From Lingula anatina (taxonomy: Eukaryota; Animalia; Brachiopoda), in assembly GCA_051362555.1 (NCBI GenBank), contig CM120647.1:2108001-2172000 (forward strand): a stretch of DNA of 64,000 nucleotides, in the 5' to 3' direction. Shown here one piece after another: positions 1 to 12,755 of this stretch. Numbering within the stretch: the first letter of the stretch is position 1; each line of letters opens with the position of its first letter. The notes beneath the pieces are model-generated. The model made no database searches. It saw nothing but the letters and a program-made list of their open reading frames with translations, and was not told the origin of the DNA. The position numbers were made by a program, and so were the translations under genes.

Positions 1-615
1 AACTCGATTTGAACGCTAAAGGCGCAGTGGTTACACCAAGTTACTTAACCAAATTTTTAAAATTTCAGTTGACTCAAAGAAACGGTGCTTCTGTGCGTGA
101 TAGGTATCCGATTACCAAACATAAAACTCTCTCTGTATAATATCAAGGCAATCAACCTACGTATTTTGAGTACCAAAATTGCTGACTTGTTGACAACTCT
201 AAAGATAGACGAGTCACGTATTACAACCAACTATATTTTCATCGTTTTTCTCTGCTCTTATTGCAAATGGCTTCACAAGGGAAACTGTGGATTTAAATTT
301 AAATATGAGGGACATGTTTTCATTGACCGTTACTACGTATTCCTTGCTGAGATGCATTGCCGGCTTAAGAATCGTCTGCTGAATAGGGAGCGTTGTATGC
401 TAGAGCGGCCGTAGCTCATACTGAAACTGATTCCATCTAGATTCCATATGTCATGTGATGTCCGCACGGTGCTCGTATACCCTTTCCGTGTGGAGGCAGA
501 CGGTGATCGTGCAATATAGTGCGGATTGACGGCCTTCGTTTAGCTTCTACGCTATTGTTAAAATAAAACTTATATCAATTTTGAAATCGTACGTCTCCCA
601 TGGTAAATGTAATGT

Positions 616-1046
616 AATTACCTCCGCCAAGAAGGTTATGTTTTCACCCTTGTTTGTTTGTTTTTCTGTCTGTCTGTCTGTCATCAACATAACTCAAAAA
701 GTTATAGATGAATTTCGGTGAAATTTTCAGGGTAGGTCAGAAATGGGTTAACTTTAAAGTGGTTTGGTTTTGGTGGTGATCCGGATCAATAATCAATCAA
801 TAATCAAAAATAAAAAAAAATAAGTTATGGACGGATTTTGATGAAATTTTCAGGAACTGTCAGAAGTGGGCCAACGAACAGATGATTAGTTTTTGGTGGT
901 GATCCGGATCAATAATCAATCAATAATCAATAATCAAAAAAAAAAAACTAAATCATTATAGAATGAAAATTTAGGGCTGAAACGGCATTGGGTGGAGACG
1001 TTGCTGCCTTGGCGGAGGTCTGCGCTCTCGGAGTGCTTTTCTAGTT
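616..1046 (+). mobile_element. Helentron-associated non-autonomous element (HINE/DINE-1-like)
   Basis: Subterminal inverted repeats ACCTCCGCCAAG (620-631) and CTTGGCGGAGGT (1008-1019); (GTTT)/(GTCT)n microsatellite after the 5' subTIR; two tandem ~120-bp core units; 3' hairpin GCGCTC-TCG-GAGTGC followed by CTAGTT. Confidence 0.8.
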
Positions 1047-1899
1047 CTCAACTTTAATCTTTCTGCATCTCAACACGTTCACTTCCCAGTAAGTCACGTA
1101 TACGTACGACTATACTCTGAAGGGTTTAAGCAAGGATTCTTGATTTCAACATTTTTCACCTGTTAAAGTTATATGTAGTGTGCGAAGGTCTCAGTTCGCG
1201 CACATCTGAAGTCAGGATGAATACAGCGAGTATTTTGAAAACTACATGTACTGTCATCAGTTCTGCGGACACAATATTCATGCATGCAGTTTGCACGTTT
1301 TTATCTCATGAAGTTGCATATAAAAAGAAGGCTTTTTTTAAAAATCACGACAGAAACCTCTAGACGAACAACAGTGCTGTTTACAATAAATCTTTATAAA
1401 AGCTGTTAAAATTATTCAAGAAAGCATCTTGGACCAACATTATAATCTCATTTAATCATAAAAGCTGAATTAAACGAACTTACTTGAATCAGGCAAAAAA
1501 TGCTCAAAACTACAATCAGCTTCATGGTGACTTCTGTTAGTAGAGCTCTGGTTTCCAAAGATTCTTTCGGCGGGATTCGGCGTTTCTTGTCGACACCTTT
1601 CCCAAAACACAGAACCGAGACAGATCGTTGTTGGTTTTATAGCGTCCCTGGATTGACGTGCGCTGACAGCTGACTGGGGCACGTGACACAGTGGCACCAG
1701 GGACCGCCTGGTGTATTGGAGGCAGAGGTGCGGGTTGTTTACGTACCGCCAGAAGTTTGTCTACGCAGAATCTGCTTTAAATCAATAGGATGTTTGTGAG
1801 GACGACAAGTTTCATCTTTATCAGAACATAGTTAAAGTGGACATTTTAAGCCGCTGTAACCAACCTCGATTTTAACAGCTTTGAAATAATTTTACAGTT

Positions 1900-1946
<47 letters not shown>

Positions 1947-1960
1947 TTATTATTATTATT
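1900..1960. repeat. (ATTT)n/(ATT)n microsatellite
   Basis: Directly visible. Confidence 0.9.
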
Positions 1961-1987
1961 GTTAAAACATGCGAACTTCACCCCTAG

Positions 1988-2253
1988 CAGTGGCGGATCA
2001 ATGTTTTATGAGGGGGGGGCAGATTTATTATATATATATAATATATTAAAAATATCTTATATATATAATATATTAATAATAGAAAAAGGCTGTTTTACCA
2101 ATATATGCAGGGTACCGGGATGGAATCATTCTTTGGGTTGGCCTTGTTTTGATTGTTATAGCAGGGATATGGTGGTGCCTATAGCTTAGGGGAGGGGGGG
2201 CACGTGACCCATCCCCCCCCCCCCTCCATCCCTCTCCCCTGGAACCGCCATTG
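1988..2253 (+). mobile_element. CAG(T/G)GG-ended MITE (family D), degraded
   Basis: Termini CAGTGGCGGATC ... GGAACCGCCATTG resemble other family D copies; TSD not preserved. Confidence 0.55.
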
Positions 2254-3081
2254 CTTGCACGTATCGTAGTGCAGCAAAAACCACGTCCTGTCTGGTATCA
2301 CATGTCTACACTCGCCATGAGGCTGTTAATATCTCCCATAGTCTACTGATACAGCTCTGTTCTCTTATCATATACTACCACAGTCCGGCGTGCTGCAGTG
2401 AGTGGTGAACCGCGAGTCTAGTCAAGACCGCGTCCTTCTCACTTAGTATGAAACAACAATTTAAAACTCTGCCGGGCACTGTGACCTTCGCTCACGTAAT
2501 ATGAAAATAAGAACACCATATATGATTTAAAATTTCAATTGCTTGTTTCTTTTCAAAATTACTGTTATTTTTTCTTTACATTGCAATATCGTAGACGGTC
2601 ATACCCAGTAAATGGCACACTGAATTAAAAGCCATCGGTGTCAAGATCATTGCAGTGCCAGGCAACTGATGGAGATTTGTTTTCTGTGCCGGATGTTAAC
2701 GCTCACTTTTAACCTCTTGTTTTTCGGGCTTGAAACTTTACATGCTGAAAAACAACTCTTCAGCCCATTCCTGTACAAATAAACTACTGCGCTCCGCCAC
2801 TCCTGGAAAAGGGTAGCAGTTTGGGCCTCATGTTTTCAGTGCACTGTGCCCCATGCAGCACCTGTTACAGAGTGGGAGTGAACAGCGCTTTAGTTTTCTG
2901 TACTTAGAATGACAAACATGTTTATTTGAAAAACAAATATCGGTGCACTGGCCCTTATCAGTGTGTATGTACCTTATTTTTGTTGTTTAAGGTAATGATT
3001 CAATCAGGGGCATTGACCGTGTCTTGAATCTACAGTGTTTGTGCTGGTCATATTCACGTTAAATACAAGGTTCGACGGTAA

Positions 3082-3306
3082 GACTGGGTTCCCACAGATT
3101 TAGATCGATCCATATAGATCGACCTAACTCCCCGGGGGTTCAGCTAAATTGATGTCAGCTTCCGGGAGCCAAGCGCGCACAAAAGTTAATTACTCCCATG
3201 CAGCTTTTAGTAGGCGGGTTAGACATTTAAGCCGGTTAAGCTGACAGCAATCTAGGGAGACTCCCCAGGGGGATAGATCGATCTAAATATCTGTGGGAAT
3301 GGTCTC
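3082..3306. mobile_element. Palindromic MITE family A (PIF/Harbinger, Tourist-like)
   Basis: TTCCCACAGATTTAGATCGATC ... GATCGATCTAAATATCTGTGGGAA inverted ends; homologous to copies at 16318, 23873, 28216, 34681 and 56972. Confidence 0.8.
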
Positions 3307-4010
3307 TATAGATTCTAAATATACGGATGTCTAAACCACCACTACTCAGTAAAACCCTTACACCAAAAATGAAAAATATATCACCTCGAGTTTTAACGAT
3401 TGCTTTAATGAAAATAACTGACAACTCCATTTTTGTGAACAGACAAAATTGAGAACAGTTATAAACGGGTTACAGAGAAATATGATCTTGTTCCTCTATT
3501 GCTGCCGTCTTATTTAAAGTGTTGCAACAAATTCATTTATTAAATAATGTTTTTATATATTTTCTGGAAACACAAAGAATACAGGATAAATATGTGTGCA
3601 GTAAATCACATTTAAAGAGGAGAGAGCCCCTTATTACAGATAAAAGAAGCCATAGAACATAACGGTGTTATATCTTATAAGAATAAGAGCAAAATATTTT
3701 AGTTCTTTTTAAGAAGCAGATTTGTGTACCGTATGCATATATGTCTAACAACTCGTGCAAAACTAAATAAAAAAGTGTTTTTTTTTTTAATTATTTTTAT
3801 TACGGCAGGATAAATGTAATTTTATAAAGATCTTAATTGTTGGCTCTATTTTTAGTGTAGAAATTGAAAAGTTTTTAAAATACTTGAATCATATCCTACG
3901 ACTACATAGATGCCATCAGAATATTTTCATTGTTATTTGAATATTTCTTGTCTGTGTGTTGTCTGGTGTGACTGTAGTAGCTCCCTCTGACGGAGCATCA
4001 CATGATGCTA

Positions 4011-4012
<2 letters not shown>

Positions 4013-4077
<65 letters not shown>
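4013..4077. repeat. (AT)n microsatellite
   Basis: Directly visible. Confidence 0.95.
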
Positions 4078-4082
<5 letters not shown>

Positions 4083-4296
4083 CTCTTCGGTTGAGCGAAG
4101 TGAATTAGAATGGATTATTTTCTCCTAGAGGGCGACACTGTATACATGTATTGTGATAATTGTGCTATTTGTAAGTGGGTAAGTTATCACAGTTGATCAT
4201 TCCACCAGTTAGCCCAGTACAGTCAACAATTATTTTTTTACTTTTGTATTTCGTTTTTCTGATTTTGGTTATTGTCGTTTTAATTTAATTAGTATA

Positions 4297-4563
4297 CAGG
4301 ATCGGACCCAGGATTATTTGAAGGGGGGTCCGCGGATGCGAAGCCTCCCCCTCCTGCCCCCTCCCCCTGGCGTGGGGTCCGGGGCCCGCTGAAGGGGCCG
4401 AAAAAATTTGGTATTTTAGAGGGCGAATTGCGCCACTTGGTACGGTTAAGATCTATGATTCAGCTTGTCAAAATTCTAATTTCAAGAGTGATTTGGTGTG
4501 TTGTTTTTCAGAAATCCAAGGGGATCAGCCCCCCCCCCCTGACACCCCCTATATCCGCCACTG
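4297..4563 (+). mobile_element. MITE family D (longer subfamily)
   Basis: CCAGGATTATTTGAAGGGGGGTCCG head and TATGATTCAGCT-like internal block shared with 4882-5175, 55959-56070 and 58885-59172; ends ATCCGCCACTG. Confidence 0.7.
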
Positions 4564-4682
4564 TTTACCGTGCCACTTTACCGGGTTCTTACACGTAATT
4601 CGTCCGGGGGGGGGGGGTACTCCCTTTCACAGGCCCCAAGGCACCCAATATTACACTAGCCAAACTTTTTAAAAGTCTCTCC

Positions 4683-4846
4683 CAGGGGCGGATCCAGAGA
4701 TGTTTTTGACAATCTTCCAAATGAACTTTGTTGATTCATCCTCCATTTTTGACCGTCTTCCGACAAAATTTAGATACCCGTCAATGAAAACTTTAAAATC
4801 TGACCGTCTTCCGGAAGACCCAAAAGACGACCTGAATCCGCCCCTG
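4683..4846 (+). mobile_element. MITE family D, 5-bp TSD (hAT5-like)
   Basis: TIR CAGGGGCGGAT...ATCCGCCCCTG flanked by TCTCC on both sides; internal sequence shared with 38288-38454, 55651-55808 (inverted) and ~35500-35582 (inverted). Confidence 0.85.
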
Positions 4847-6292
4847 TCTCCAGGAATGGATCCAAGATAATTTGCAGAGGTGGATCCAGGGTTATTTGAA
4901 GGGGGTCCGGAACGACAGGCCTCAGATGCGAGGGGCCGTAGCAATAGTCCGAAGGTTCATTGGTCAGAATGTTCACTAGAGAATCTAGGACCAATCAGAT
5001 GCAAAGCCGGACATCGCTCCCTTGGCTTGGGGTTCGGGGCCTGCTCAAGGGCCCGAAAATTTTTTTGGTGTTTTGGAGGGAAAAAGGTGCCCTTTGGTAC
5101 AGTTTAGAACTATGATTCAGCTAGTCAAATTTCTAATTTCAAGAGGGAAAATCAGTGTGATATATTTTTCAGAAACAGGATCAGGATTACAGATATCGAT
5201 GTACGAAAGTTTTTAAAAATACATTATGGTCACATTTAAGTCTCTTTATGTATAAAATTCTACGGCTGCTCTGTTACTCTTTGAAATGAATTATTAGAAC
5301 TCGCAGTTGGATATACTGTACACGTCTGATACGAATTGAGGACTATGAATTAAATGAGATTTTTAGTTGGTTTTCTATCCTTTGTTGATCTGAATAAGCC
5401 ATTAGATCAATTAGACGTAAAGAGAGTTCTGGGTGTCTGCCAGTTCTAGTTGTCCCAGTGATGGCAGGCTCCAGGCTCAGATGTAGAGAACTAGTCAGAT
5501 TGCAGCGAACCAACACTTCATGAAGAACAGGACGTCTGTCGTGAATTTTCTAATTTTTGTTTTAAAATAGCATTTTTGTCAGAAATCAATTTTAAGAGTA
5601 AATAGTTTTCTGTCTGGTATTTGTTACCATTATTCTGTTTGAATATAATGTGAAATTATACGCGTTGCTTCTTTTACGTTGTACTCAAGAAACACCATTG
5701 TGAAAGGTAGCTCTCGTTTCTATGAATGCGTTAAAGAAGCCGATAGTTATCAGCTTTGCGCAGTGGCGGTACCATAGCCAATGAGGTTTATCCGAGGCGT
5801 GGTTATTGCTAGTTGAAAACTATACCCAATACCCCGTGCTGACGTCGTGAAATACCGACGGTAGCACAATTTTTGAACGCCTCTACGGGGGCTTACAGCA
5901 ACATGTATCAAAACCCATTCATTCCTCTTTAGATAATAATAATAATTTTATTGAGCACTAAATGATATGAAAACATTTGTAGGCTCACTAGACAACAATA
6001 TTCACACAATATATAAGAAAATACATTTATATATGTTTACATATATAGTATGTTTTTGAACTGATGTTTTTTTTTTTTTTTTTTTTTTTTCAGTTTCCGT
6101 TCGCCTAGACCAATATTATTGTATCCTTCGACCTCCCAACATTCATTCATTCAGACACAAATCTTCTGTATCACGCAAGAAGATAAAGGTGTATTTAGAC
6201 CTAAGTTCTTATCAGTTCATTAAGACCGAGGTAGATATTAGGCTAAAATATATAATGAAAAATATCAAACGCAAGCCGAAAAATTTAGCTAA

Positions 6293-7374
6293 GGCCACAC
6301 TTTTTTATTTTTATGGATGACATCCTCTGGGGACCCCAAAATCGGCGCGAGCGGGCGAAAAAAAAAAACAGTCCAAAAAAAAAAAAAAAACTGCTTAAGA
6401 AAAGTTATGTTTTCAGTACACAGCTGGAAACACTAATTTACCACAGAAACACGTATCAAACTAACAGCATGTCTTTATCCATGCTCTCAAAATATTAAAG
6501 CATTGTGAATAGGGCCTACTTCGTAGAAAGGTAAAAAGTCATGAATATATATGTGCTGCATATTACCAAATCTATTTAAGGTTATTTCATGCATTCTGTT
6601 GGTATAGCAATCAATACAACAAATATCAAATAAACAGCGTGTCTTTATTTGTACTCTCAGAAAATTTAAGCATTGTGAACACTTCACAAAATTGTTAAAA
6701 AATGAAGCAAAGATAGGCCTATGCTTCCTACTACCAAATCTAAAAAAGGTAATTTCGGTCGATGCCATTTTGTCTACTTCGACTCACACGTAGCAGCCAA
6801 CTATCGGGTGGCCTGTCTGACCTTCAGTCCACCAAATACCACGACGCTCTTGTCGACCCTTTTTTCGCTACAAAAAAAAAACCTGGTAAGCCTATGTGCT
6901 GCTTTGGACAGAATGTCACTGAAATTTTCCGGGCGATGATCGCTGGCCGCGGCCAGCCTTTCGTATAATTGTAAAAATGTGATATCTCTATGTCCAATAT
7001 CAATGGCAAACCAATCCAAAACGACGACCCCCGTTCTCTTTATGACTTTAATTGTCGTGTATTTTGAAATTAATGGTAGAGATGAATTTGACGACAAAGC
7101 GGCCATATTTCCATGTGGTGATAATACGCATGCGCAGAAAGCTCATTTTCCGCACTCGGAACTACTCCGATATCTCCGCAGTCGACAATGACAGCATGGA
7201 GCTTGCGGAATTAGCCGAGGATTGCCGATTACATTTTCCGGCAAATTCAATAACGACGTTTGCAACAACCGACTTCCTTGGGGGGGGGGATTTTTTTTTT
7301 TTTTTTTTTTTGGAGAACGGACGAAAATCGGTGCGCGCGCAGGATGTCATCCATAAAATCAAAAAAGTGTGGCC
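6293..7374. mobile_element. 1.08-kb non-autonomous TIR transposon with TAA TSD (PIF/Harbinger-like)
   Basis: ~34-bp imperfect TIRs GGCCACACTTTTTTATTTTTATGGATGACATCCT / AGGATGTCATCCATAAAATCAAAAAAGTGTGGCC; TAA on both flanks; no long ORF. Confidence 0.8.
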
Positions 7375-9196
7375 TAATGGCCAATCTGGGCGTAGGCCTT
7401 CATCAGACTGATGTTGGCCGTAAGCTAACGGTATGATAAATTATCGGCTTGTGTTTGATAATTTTCATTTATGATCCAACTACCAAGCAAATGAACGTTT
7501 TTGCTTATTAAGGCTGTAATAGTTTAAGTAGTTAAAATGAAATGAAGTTTCGACCGCAGGCAGATGTTTCTAGTGCGCAGTTCAAATGTTTTTTCAAAGA
7601 GCATTTCAATTAAACCGAAATAATGAGTTTCTCATGAGATTTAAAAAATAGTAGTCTCGAGTGTGCATTAAAACAATGCAACTGACGCTCTGTTTTCAAG
7701 GTTGTATCTGTGATGATTGTAATTAAACGCTCGGTTTCTGCACAGCTGACGTCTTTACCCTCTCATTGTGCTAATTACTTCCATCAGAGATAACAGGCCG
7801 CGCTTCTTCTCAAGGTCGTTCTGCTAAAAAAAAGTCAACATTTGAGTCACGTTAGTGACGCACACATTTTGTGGAATATTTGCATAATTCTGCTCGATTA
7901 TTTAATGTTCCTGTTTTAACGCCCTCCAAATATGAAAACAAAACAACAGAAATTTTACTTAAAAAATGATATAAAGCAGTACGAATTAGCATAAATGTCT
8001 TTAACAGACGCAACACGACAAATATGCTCACTTTTTTGTGAAAAGGACCCCAGAAATGATTCTAGATACGCCAGTAGCTGTACGTGGGTGGATCGTTACT
8101 TGAATTAAGCCCCTTCCTATGTAAAAGATATGACGTCAAGAAACCGTTGGTAGGGTAATGTGACCGCGAGAACCGTCAGAAACAAGCCCTATATATACAC
8201 AGCAGAAGTCGGTCTTGAAATTAGATGTGCAAATACCATCGTTGATAAGCAAGACTTAGATTCATTGATAAATGACAGCAAAGGTGCACTATTTTTGTTT
8301 ATTATTAACAAGCTGGTATTCAACGCAAAGGGAGGCGAGAGCTCGACCATCAACATACACAAACAAGAGAAGCTTCCTCACTGATCCGCTTCCGAAATAC
8401 TAGACGAAGGGTATGTATTTGCATTTGTTATCATAAGTTTGTCAACTTGGAATGTCATTTCAGAAAAATATATATATAAAAATTTTCTAGTACATGTACC
8501 AACAAAGCGGTAGAGGACGAGATTTCCCAAACCTACATTTAGTGCTCGGAATTTAAAAGAAATGTTTCTTGTTATGAAAATATATTAACACTATATTGCG
8601 AAATGTCAATAGATGCAAAATAAATTAATAAGCAATAAATAGATAGATTGAAAAAAAATCCATGCAGAGGAGCGGAAAAACTGATGTAGAGAATATAAAC
8701 CTAGAATATGGCAATAAATTTGACGGAAACAGCCGTATAGATGAGCACATTACCAGAGATCGTTATCGACATCAGACCTCAATTTAACCAATTTAGCTCA
8801 GAGCAAATCCTGATTATATGCAACATATATTTTTTGTTGTTTGTCTGTTCATTTCTAGAGACTTAGGCCTATTCAATCGTTTACATAGCATGTTTGGGTA
8901 CTTTTTTCCTCATAAAACGTGTTTGTGCTTTTGCACTTTCTCCAGTTAACATTTGTTTGTTTGTTTCTTCGTTTATTCTCTCATTCCATATGCCTTTTCA
9001 TTAAAATATTTTTCATTCATTTAATGTCATTCATGTATTCATTCCTTTATCTAGGTTAACTGAAGAATAGATAAATTTCAACTGAATAATGCACAGGCTA
9101 ACTCTGTAAACAATTTTGCCTTTTTTTTTTTTCAGATTCGTCAAATTGGCCCTCTAAATTAAAAAAGGACAGTTTTGTCCCCACCTTAACCCCACC

Positions 9197-10535
9197 ATGA
9201 AGCGGCGTCCCCAGGCAACTCCCAGCCCCCCATCGTGGCAGTTCACGCTGTATGACCGTGCTTCGCCGGGGACTGAGGCGCAAAAGACCGTGCCGAAGCT
9301 GACAAAGAAATCTCGTCTTCCACCCTTGACACTGAATTTATTACGATATATGACAGTGAAGGAGGAATCGAAGCCTGTGCGGCTCCCCCAAATAATGCCT
9401 CTCAGGTCCCCCAACACCCCCAGGAGGCACGTGACCTCGGCGTTAGGGAGCTATGCCGAGTTGGATGCAAGATCGAACACGCCGCAAGGAGGCGCATCGT
9501 ATGGGAAAACCAAGACGGACCTGTCCTGGTAAGAGATATCCAAAGACACATTTTATAATTGCAATAAAATATCAAGATTTTCATTTAACATACCATGTAT
9601 GTATTAACATGGCTTATTTATGATGAATCTTAACAACCACTGTCACCATTCGAACGCATTAATTCTTAAACTTGAGCCCGTTTGTTTGTGAGTTTGTTCT
9701 TGGTCATGGCTTTTTCCGGCGATACAATGTAGAAGCCACAGTTTAAGAGATTTTTGGATAATTGATAAGAAACTAATTTTATTTTCATAAGGATCTTCTT
9801 TACTGTTAAAATGTAAAAAAAAATCCTGACGTTTTGAAATTATTAACGTCTGTGATAAAGGCTACGAGAATCCCTAAAAAACAGTGCATACTGACCATAT
9901 ACCAGAAAGACTCATTAAAGCTACATGTATGTGATTGAAGACAATGGATTATTGTTTACAGACGTGTCATAACGCAGTTGCTTTCATTTCTGCTGAAGAA
10001 GAAGTGTTTAAATGTCCATTACTAAGCACTAGCGACCATTTAACAAGACAGCTTGTTCTAAAAATTTTGTAAGATCTCTTAATTGAATCCTTTTATTTAT
10101 ATTTTTTTAATTTTGGGTGTACTCTCATTTTAAGGCGTGGGCTATGGATAAGCTTTAGAGGACGTGATAGTTGACCCCCGTGAGAGAGCTAGTACATCAA
10201 ATTAATACATGTATACCACCAGCAGGTGGGTATGGGCGATTCCCCTCCCCCCATCCATGCCCCCCCCCCCCCCCCCCCCCCCCCCCTTATCCAAATATAT
10301 TATCCTCGGTTCTCGCATTTTATGGTTATATAATTGCAGGTATATTTGCATATATCATTGCAAGTCTATACTTTATTGAGTAATTTTCTTTTCCCGTTAG
10401 CCGGGAGGCGGCGTACCGACAGCAGCTCAGGGAACCGTTTTCCCCTCCTTACAAAGAGAACTTAGGGCCTGGGGCATTGAGGAAAGTATGGGGCGTCGCC
10501 CGCGCATCAGCCCTGGAGACAAGGAAAGGTTGAGA
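9197..10535 (+). CDS. Candidate orphan gene (Pro/Arg/Ser-rich, probably disordered), 2 putative coding exons
   Basis: GC-rich segment 9136-9528 bounded by polyT-CAG acceptor and CTG|GTAAGA donor; ATG 9197 in CCACCATG context; second GC-rich segment after TTTTCTTTTCCCGTTAG acceptor at 10401; possible upstream UTR exon with AGG|GTATGT donor at 8410. No recognisable family, and the reading frame of the last exon is ambiguous. Confidence 0.4.
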
Positions 10536-10718
10536 CGAGAACGTGAAGCACTGGAGTCGAAATTACAGTGGACTAGTTCCTCCCTGAACTTCAATCCACA
10601 CGGCTGTAACACCACCAGGGACATCTTTGCCAAGGGTTCCTTGCCCTCCATCCAACGTCCCAGCGGCTCTGCCGAGGACACCAAACACGTGGACGGTGAC
10701 ATGTAGACTATAAGTTGA

Positions 10719-10853
10719 TACCCTCTACCAGGGCGACAGATAGATTTTTTACAGATATTCACAGATATGTTTCTAGATAGATAGACGGTAATTTTGGTCT
10801 GTAGTCATCTATCTATCTATGTAGTCATCTATCTGTCGCCCTGGTAGAGGGTA
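10719..10853. mobile_element. MITE family B, 9-bp TSD
   Basis: TIR TACCCTCTACCAGGGCGACAGATAGAT; flanked by ATAAGTTGA (10710-10718 and 10854-10862). Confidence 0.85.
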
Positions 10854-11829
10854 ATAAGTTGACTAGTTAAGATATCAACGCTGTGTCCACACTGTGCCTC
10901 AGTGCAAGGCTAGGACGACGCGAGATGGCGCTAGTTAAATCTCAGAGAACTGTGAACCCGTGGTTTGAATCAGCTGCAGCAGCAGTTTCTGTTTTAATAA
11001 AGTAGGTAAAATGAGGGGTGCACAGTTAGTTTTATTTTTCATATTTGTATTGTAGTTTGAGCAGTGTGTATACGCTAGGGGAATTTCATCTGGGTAGCTC
11101 GATATTTATCAAACCAAAATTTTTGTTGGATCAATCAGGCACTGGTAAAAATTTTATCAGATAGTAAACATTATCTCTGCACAAGATAGAATATGTCGAG
11201 CATCAGGGAAACGTTTTTTTCTAATTCATTTATCTTGATTATGTGCCAAGTATGGCGGTCATAGGCGACCGGAATTTGAGTGATTGTGGTTAAATGCAGC
11301 GAGTTAATATTCTAATTATTTTTCATATATAATGTTTATACTTTACTGTAAACACTTAGATCTATATTCAGTCATTTCAATGTTTTTCTATTATTTGCGC
11401 CTATTTATTTTGTACAGCTATCTTCACTGACAGATCATTCTGATGTAAAATTTACGTGCTATATAATGTATAATAAAGTACCACTGTAATCTCAACAGCA
11501 GCCGCAGTAACGTACAGATCTCCCATTGTTAAACTACTTCAAACCCTAGGCGTGACACCTGAATCCATTTAACCTTGAGTACATCGTACAGTTGCTCACC
11601 GAGTTCCAGTCTTTAGCATGCAGAAGAGGCGCCATCAGAACACACGCCCAGTGCCCTGCACCCTGCTGCATGCTTTGCTTCAGTTTTTTTTTCTTTTACC
11701 TTTTCTTTACGTCAGTTTTTTTTTCTTTTGCCTGTTCTTTACCTCGGTTTGTTTTTTACTTTTACCTGTTCTTTACCTCAGTTTTTTTCCTATTGGCCAG
11801 TTTGTATGTTTACAACCTAACTCTAAATA

Positions 11830-12000
11830 TCATGGATGTATTTTGATAAAAAAAATCCTGAATAGTTCAGAAATGGATAATCTTTAAATCGATTACATTT
11901 TGGTAATTGTCCGTGAGTAAACGAATGTAGTGAATGGATTCGATGATAAATAGAATTCAGGTGCCTTGGCGGATTTCTGCGCTCTCTGGGTGATTATTCT
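11830..12000 (+). mobile_element. Degraded 3' fragment of the Helentron-type element
   Basis: GCCTTGGCGGATTTCTGCGCTCTCTGGGTG resembles the 3' subTIR and hairpin of 616-1046; a core-like stretch lies upstream. Confidence 0.55.
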
Positions 12001-12389
12001 TTTTTTATTTTAATTACAATTGTTTTTAACGACAACCTAGATACAGGGTTGAATGCTGGCCATGACGTAAGCAGGATAGCACCCCCGTCATTAGTACGGC
12101 CTCATTACCGGCGCTAACTAACATCATTTCTTAACAAGAACGGTCTAATGGAAGAGCATAACGTAACCAATGGATATTTGTGCGGTTTCACAAGTCATTA
12201 GAAGGGGGCAAGGTGACCTTCATTGATTTCTGAGGTTTGAAAAACATACTCGTCTAAAATTGGACCTGGACAAGAGTTTAACCAAGCTTATTACTGGAGG
12301 AATTGTTGTATGTATTCAGTGGTGATAATTGAGAAAATAATAAACCTTGTGACCAAACTGAGTATGTATGATTTAGGGCAGAGAGCTAG

Positions 12390-12477
12390 CAGGCCTACCC
12401 AACTATCAGACTGGCACCGAATGATCCTGAATTCACCGGTAGATCGGACCACACTGCCAGTTTTCAAGGTGTGCGTC
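12390..12477 (+). mobile_element. MITE family C left arm (host of the 3.8-kb insertion)
   Basis: CAGGCCTACCCAACTA...CACCGAATGATCCTGAATTCACCGG matches the inverted arm at ~60250-60343; the sequence resumes at 16279 (TGCGTCAGTACGCG). Confidence 0.8.
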
Positions 12478-12724
12478 TGTTAAGATACTTCATGGTATAT
12501 TACCACTTCATAGGATAAGAATTACTACTTCATGATAGAAGGCGACTTCATTGGTTAAAAAATAAGGACCCTTAGGAGACTTCGTAGTATATTACCACTT
12601 CATGGTACATTGTTTCCAAACATGTTTCAGTTCTGGTTGGATGTGGAAATTAGGCGTAAAGGTCGATATGAAGTTTCATTCTAGACCATGATTTCCAGAG
12701 TGACGCGTGTATTTGAAACGGTGT

Positions 12725-12755
<31 letters not shown>

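Noticed and set aside
85-414. 109-aa ORF
   Set aside because: Non-ATG start, no recognisable motif, no clear splice context.
9962-10225. Possible small exons that would join ORF 9197 to the phase-0 frame at 10401
   Set aside because: All tested AG/GT pairs (acceptors at 9962, 10135, 10171) introduce in-frame stops when entered in phase 2.
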